The notes below the pieces were generated by a model. That model had not been told where the DNA came from. It worked only from the letters and a program-made list of their open reading frames with translations, and ran no database searches. Both the position numbers and the translations under genes were made by a program. This document shows positions 54,266 through 54,908 of a stretch of DNA of 54,908 bases, in pieces; within the stretch, counting starts at the first letter, position 1, and each line of letters starts with the position of its first letter. This DNA comes from a virus (lineage: Duplodnaviria; Caudoviricetes), in IMG/VR virus record IMGVR_UViG_3300021197_001056, positions 1 to 54,908 of that record. One strand, given 5' to 3'.

Positions 54266-54906
54266 TATTTCTCCCAAGGCATTGGCTCGTTCTGCATTGT
54301 ATCAGTAGCTAAAGGTATATAACTACCAGACTTGGGCTCCCAATTGAAATGCGCTTCAGCACCATTTTCACCTAAGTTCTGGAACTTAACCTTTAACACT
54401 TTTGCTTTTACAGTCTTAGCCTCGTAATCTCTATGAACTAGAAGACCGTGATAACTAGCATCGTACCATTCACCACCACCTTTAATGTTATACATAGTTG
54501 GTTCTTCAATCTTACCATCTTTGTCTTTATACATCTTAGTAGGGTGAGCTACTACGATAACTAATACATCGAACTTTTTAGCGAATACTTCGATCTTAGT
54601 TAAATATTCCATTGTATATCTGTTAACGTCTTCTGTTTTACAGTTTGTATCTCTAACTTTATTATAAGGATCGATAACAAGACATTTAATACCTTTACGT
54701 TTAACTAGCTCGCCGCCTTTAGTTAAGACTTCGTCTAGTGTGTATCTATCCATATCTATAAAGAAGTAGTTGTCATTAACGTGATCAGTAACCTGTTTCC
54801 ATTTACTAGTACCGACATCAGCTTTTGTAGGCATACCTTCCCAAGTTTTACGCATTAATTTATGCGCATGTAAATAGTTAGGTTTGTTCTCAGGAGATGC
54901 ATAAGC
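54265..54906 (-). CDS. C-terminal part of a DnaB/T7 gp4/Twinkle-like (primase-)helicase, truncated at window edge
   Basis: LVIDPYN (Walker B), VVAHPTK, IKGGGEW, LKVKF; frame is open to the window end (AYASPENKP...). Confidence 0.85.
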   Translation of the reverse strand, partial: AYASPENKPNYLHAHKLMRKTWEGMPTKADVGTSKWKQVTDHVNDNYFFIDMDRYTLDEVLTKGGELVKRKGIKCLVIDPYNKVRDTNCKTEDVNRYTMEYLTKIEVFAKKFDVLVIVVAHPTKMYKDKDGKIEEPTMYNIKGGGEWYDASYHGLLVHRDYEAKTVKAKVLKVKFQNLGENGAEAHFNWEPKSGSYIPLATDTMQNEPMPWEK

Positions 54907-54908
54907 TG

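Noticed and set aside
1-54908. Stop-codon reassignment as in some crAss-like phages
   Set aside because: Long genes are intact under code 11, and TAG and TGA both act as stops (capsid gene ends TAG before a terminator; ATGA overlaps).
1-54908. CRISPR array, tRNA, rRNA, integrase, IS element or DGR
   Set aside because: No repeat-spacer array, cloverleaf, recombinase, transposase or reverse transcriptase was recognised by eye, and intergenic gaps are very short. tRNAscan/Infernal were not run.

Overview
The window is an AT-rich, densely coding fragment of a tailed dsDNA phage genome with crAss-like (Crassvirales-like) head and tail architecture. The host is very probably Bacteroidota (flavobacteria-like), because genes lack Shine-Dalgarno sites, a T9SS signal is present and signal peptides follow the A|Q rule. 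The + strand (about 1-49759) is the late region. It carries a holin, a GroES-like protein, terminase, portal, scaffold, major capsid protein, duplicated accessory and ring proteins, a 2305-aa muzzle/stabilisation-like protein, ejection proteins including a 3213-aa multidomain protein, lectin and fibre proteins, an M15 endolysin and PhoH. A bidirectional terminator separates this from the - strand replication and nucleotide-metabolism arm: class II RNR, endonuclease, two NTP-pyrophosphatase-like genes, a T4 gp42-like dCMP hydroxymethylase and a partial primase-helicase. Two features stand out. (1) A compact phage-encoded cell-envelope export module at 40638-45592, with a type IX secretion cargo protein, an outer-membrane beta-barrel, a CxxC-less exported thioredoxin fold and other signal-peptide proteins; the cargo's Cys repeat recurs on the virion muzzle protein. 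(2) A probable cytosine-modification pathway at 49816-54045. All calls come from motif recognition by eye; no database search was run.
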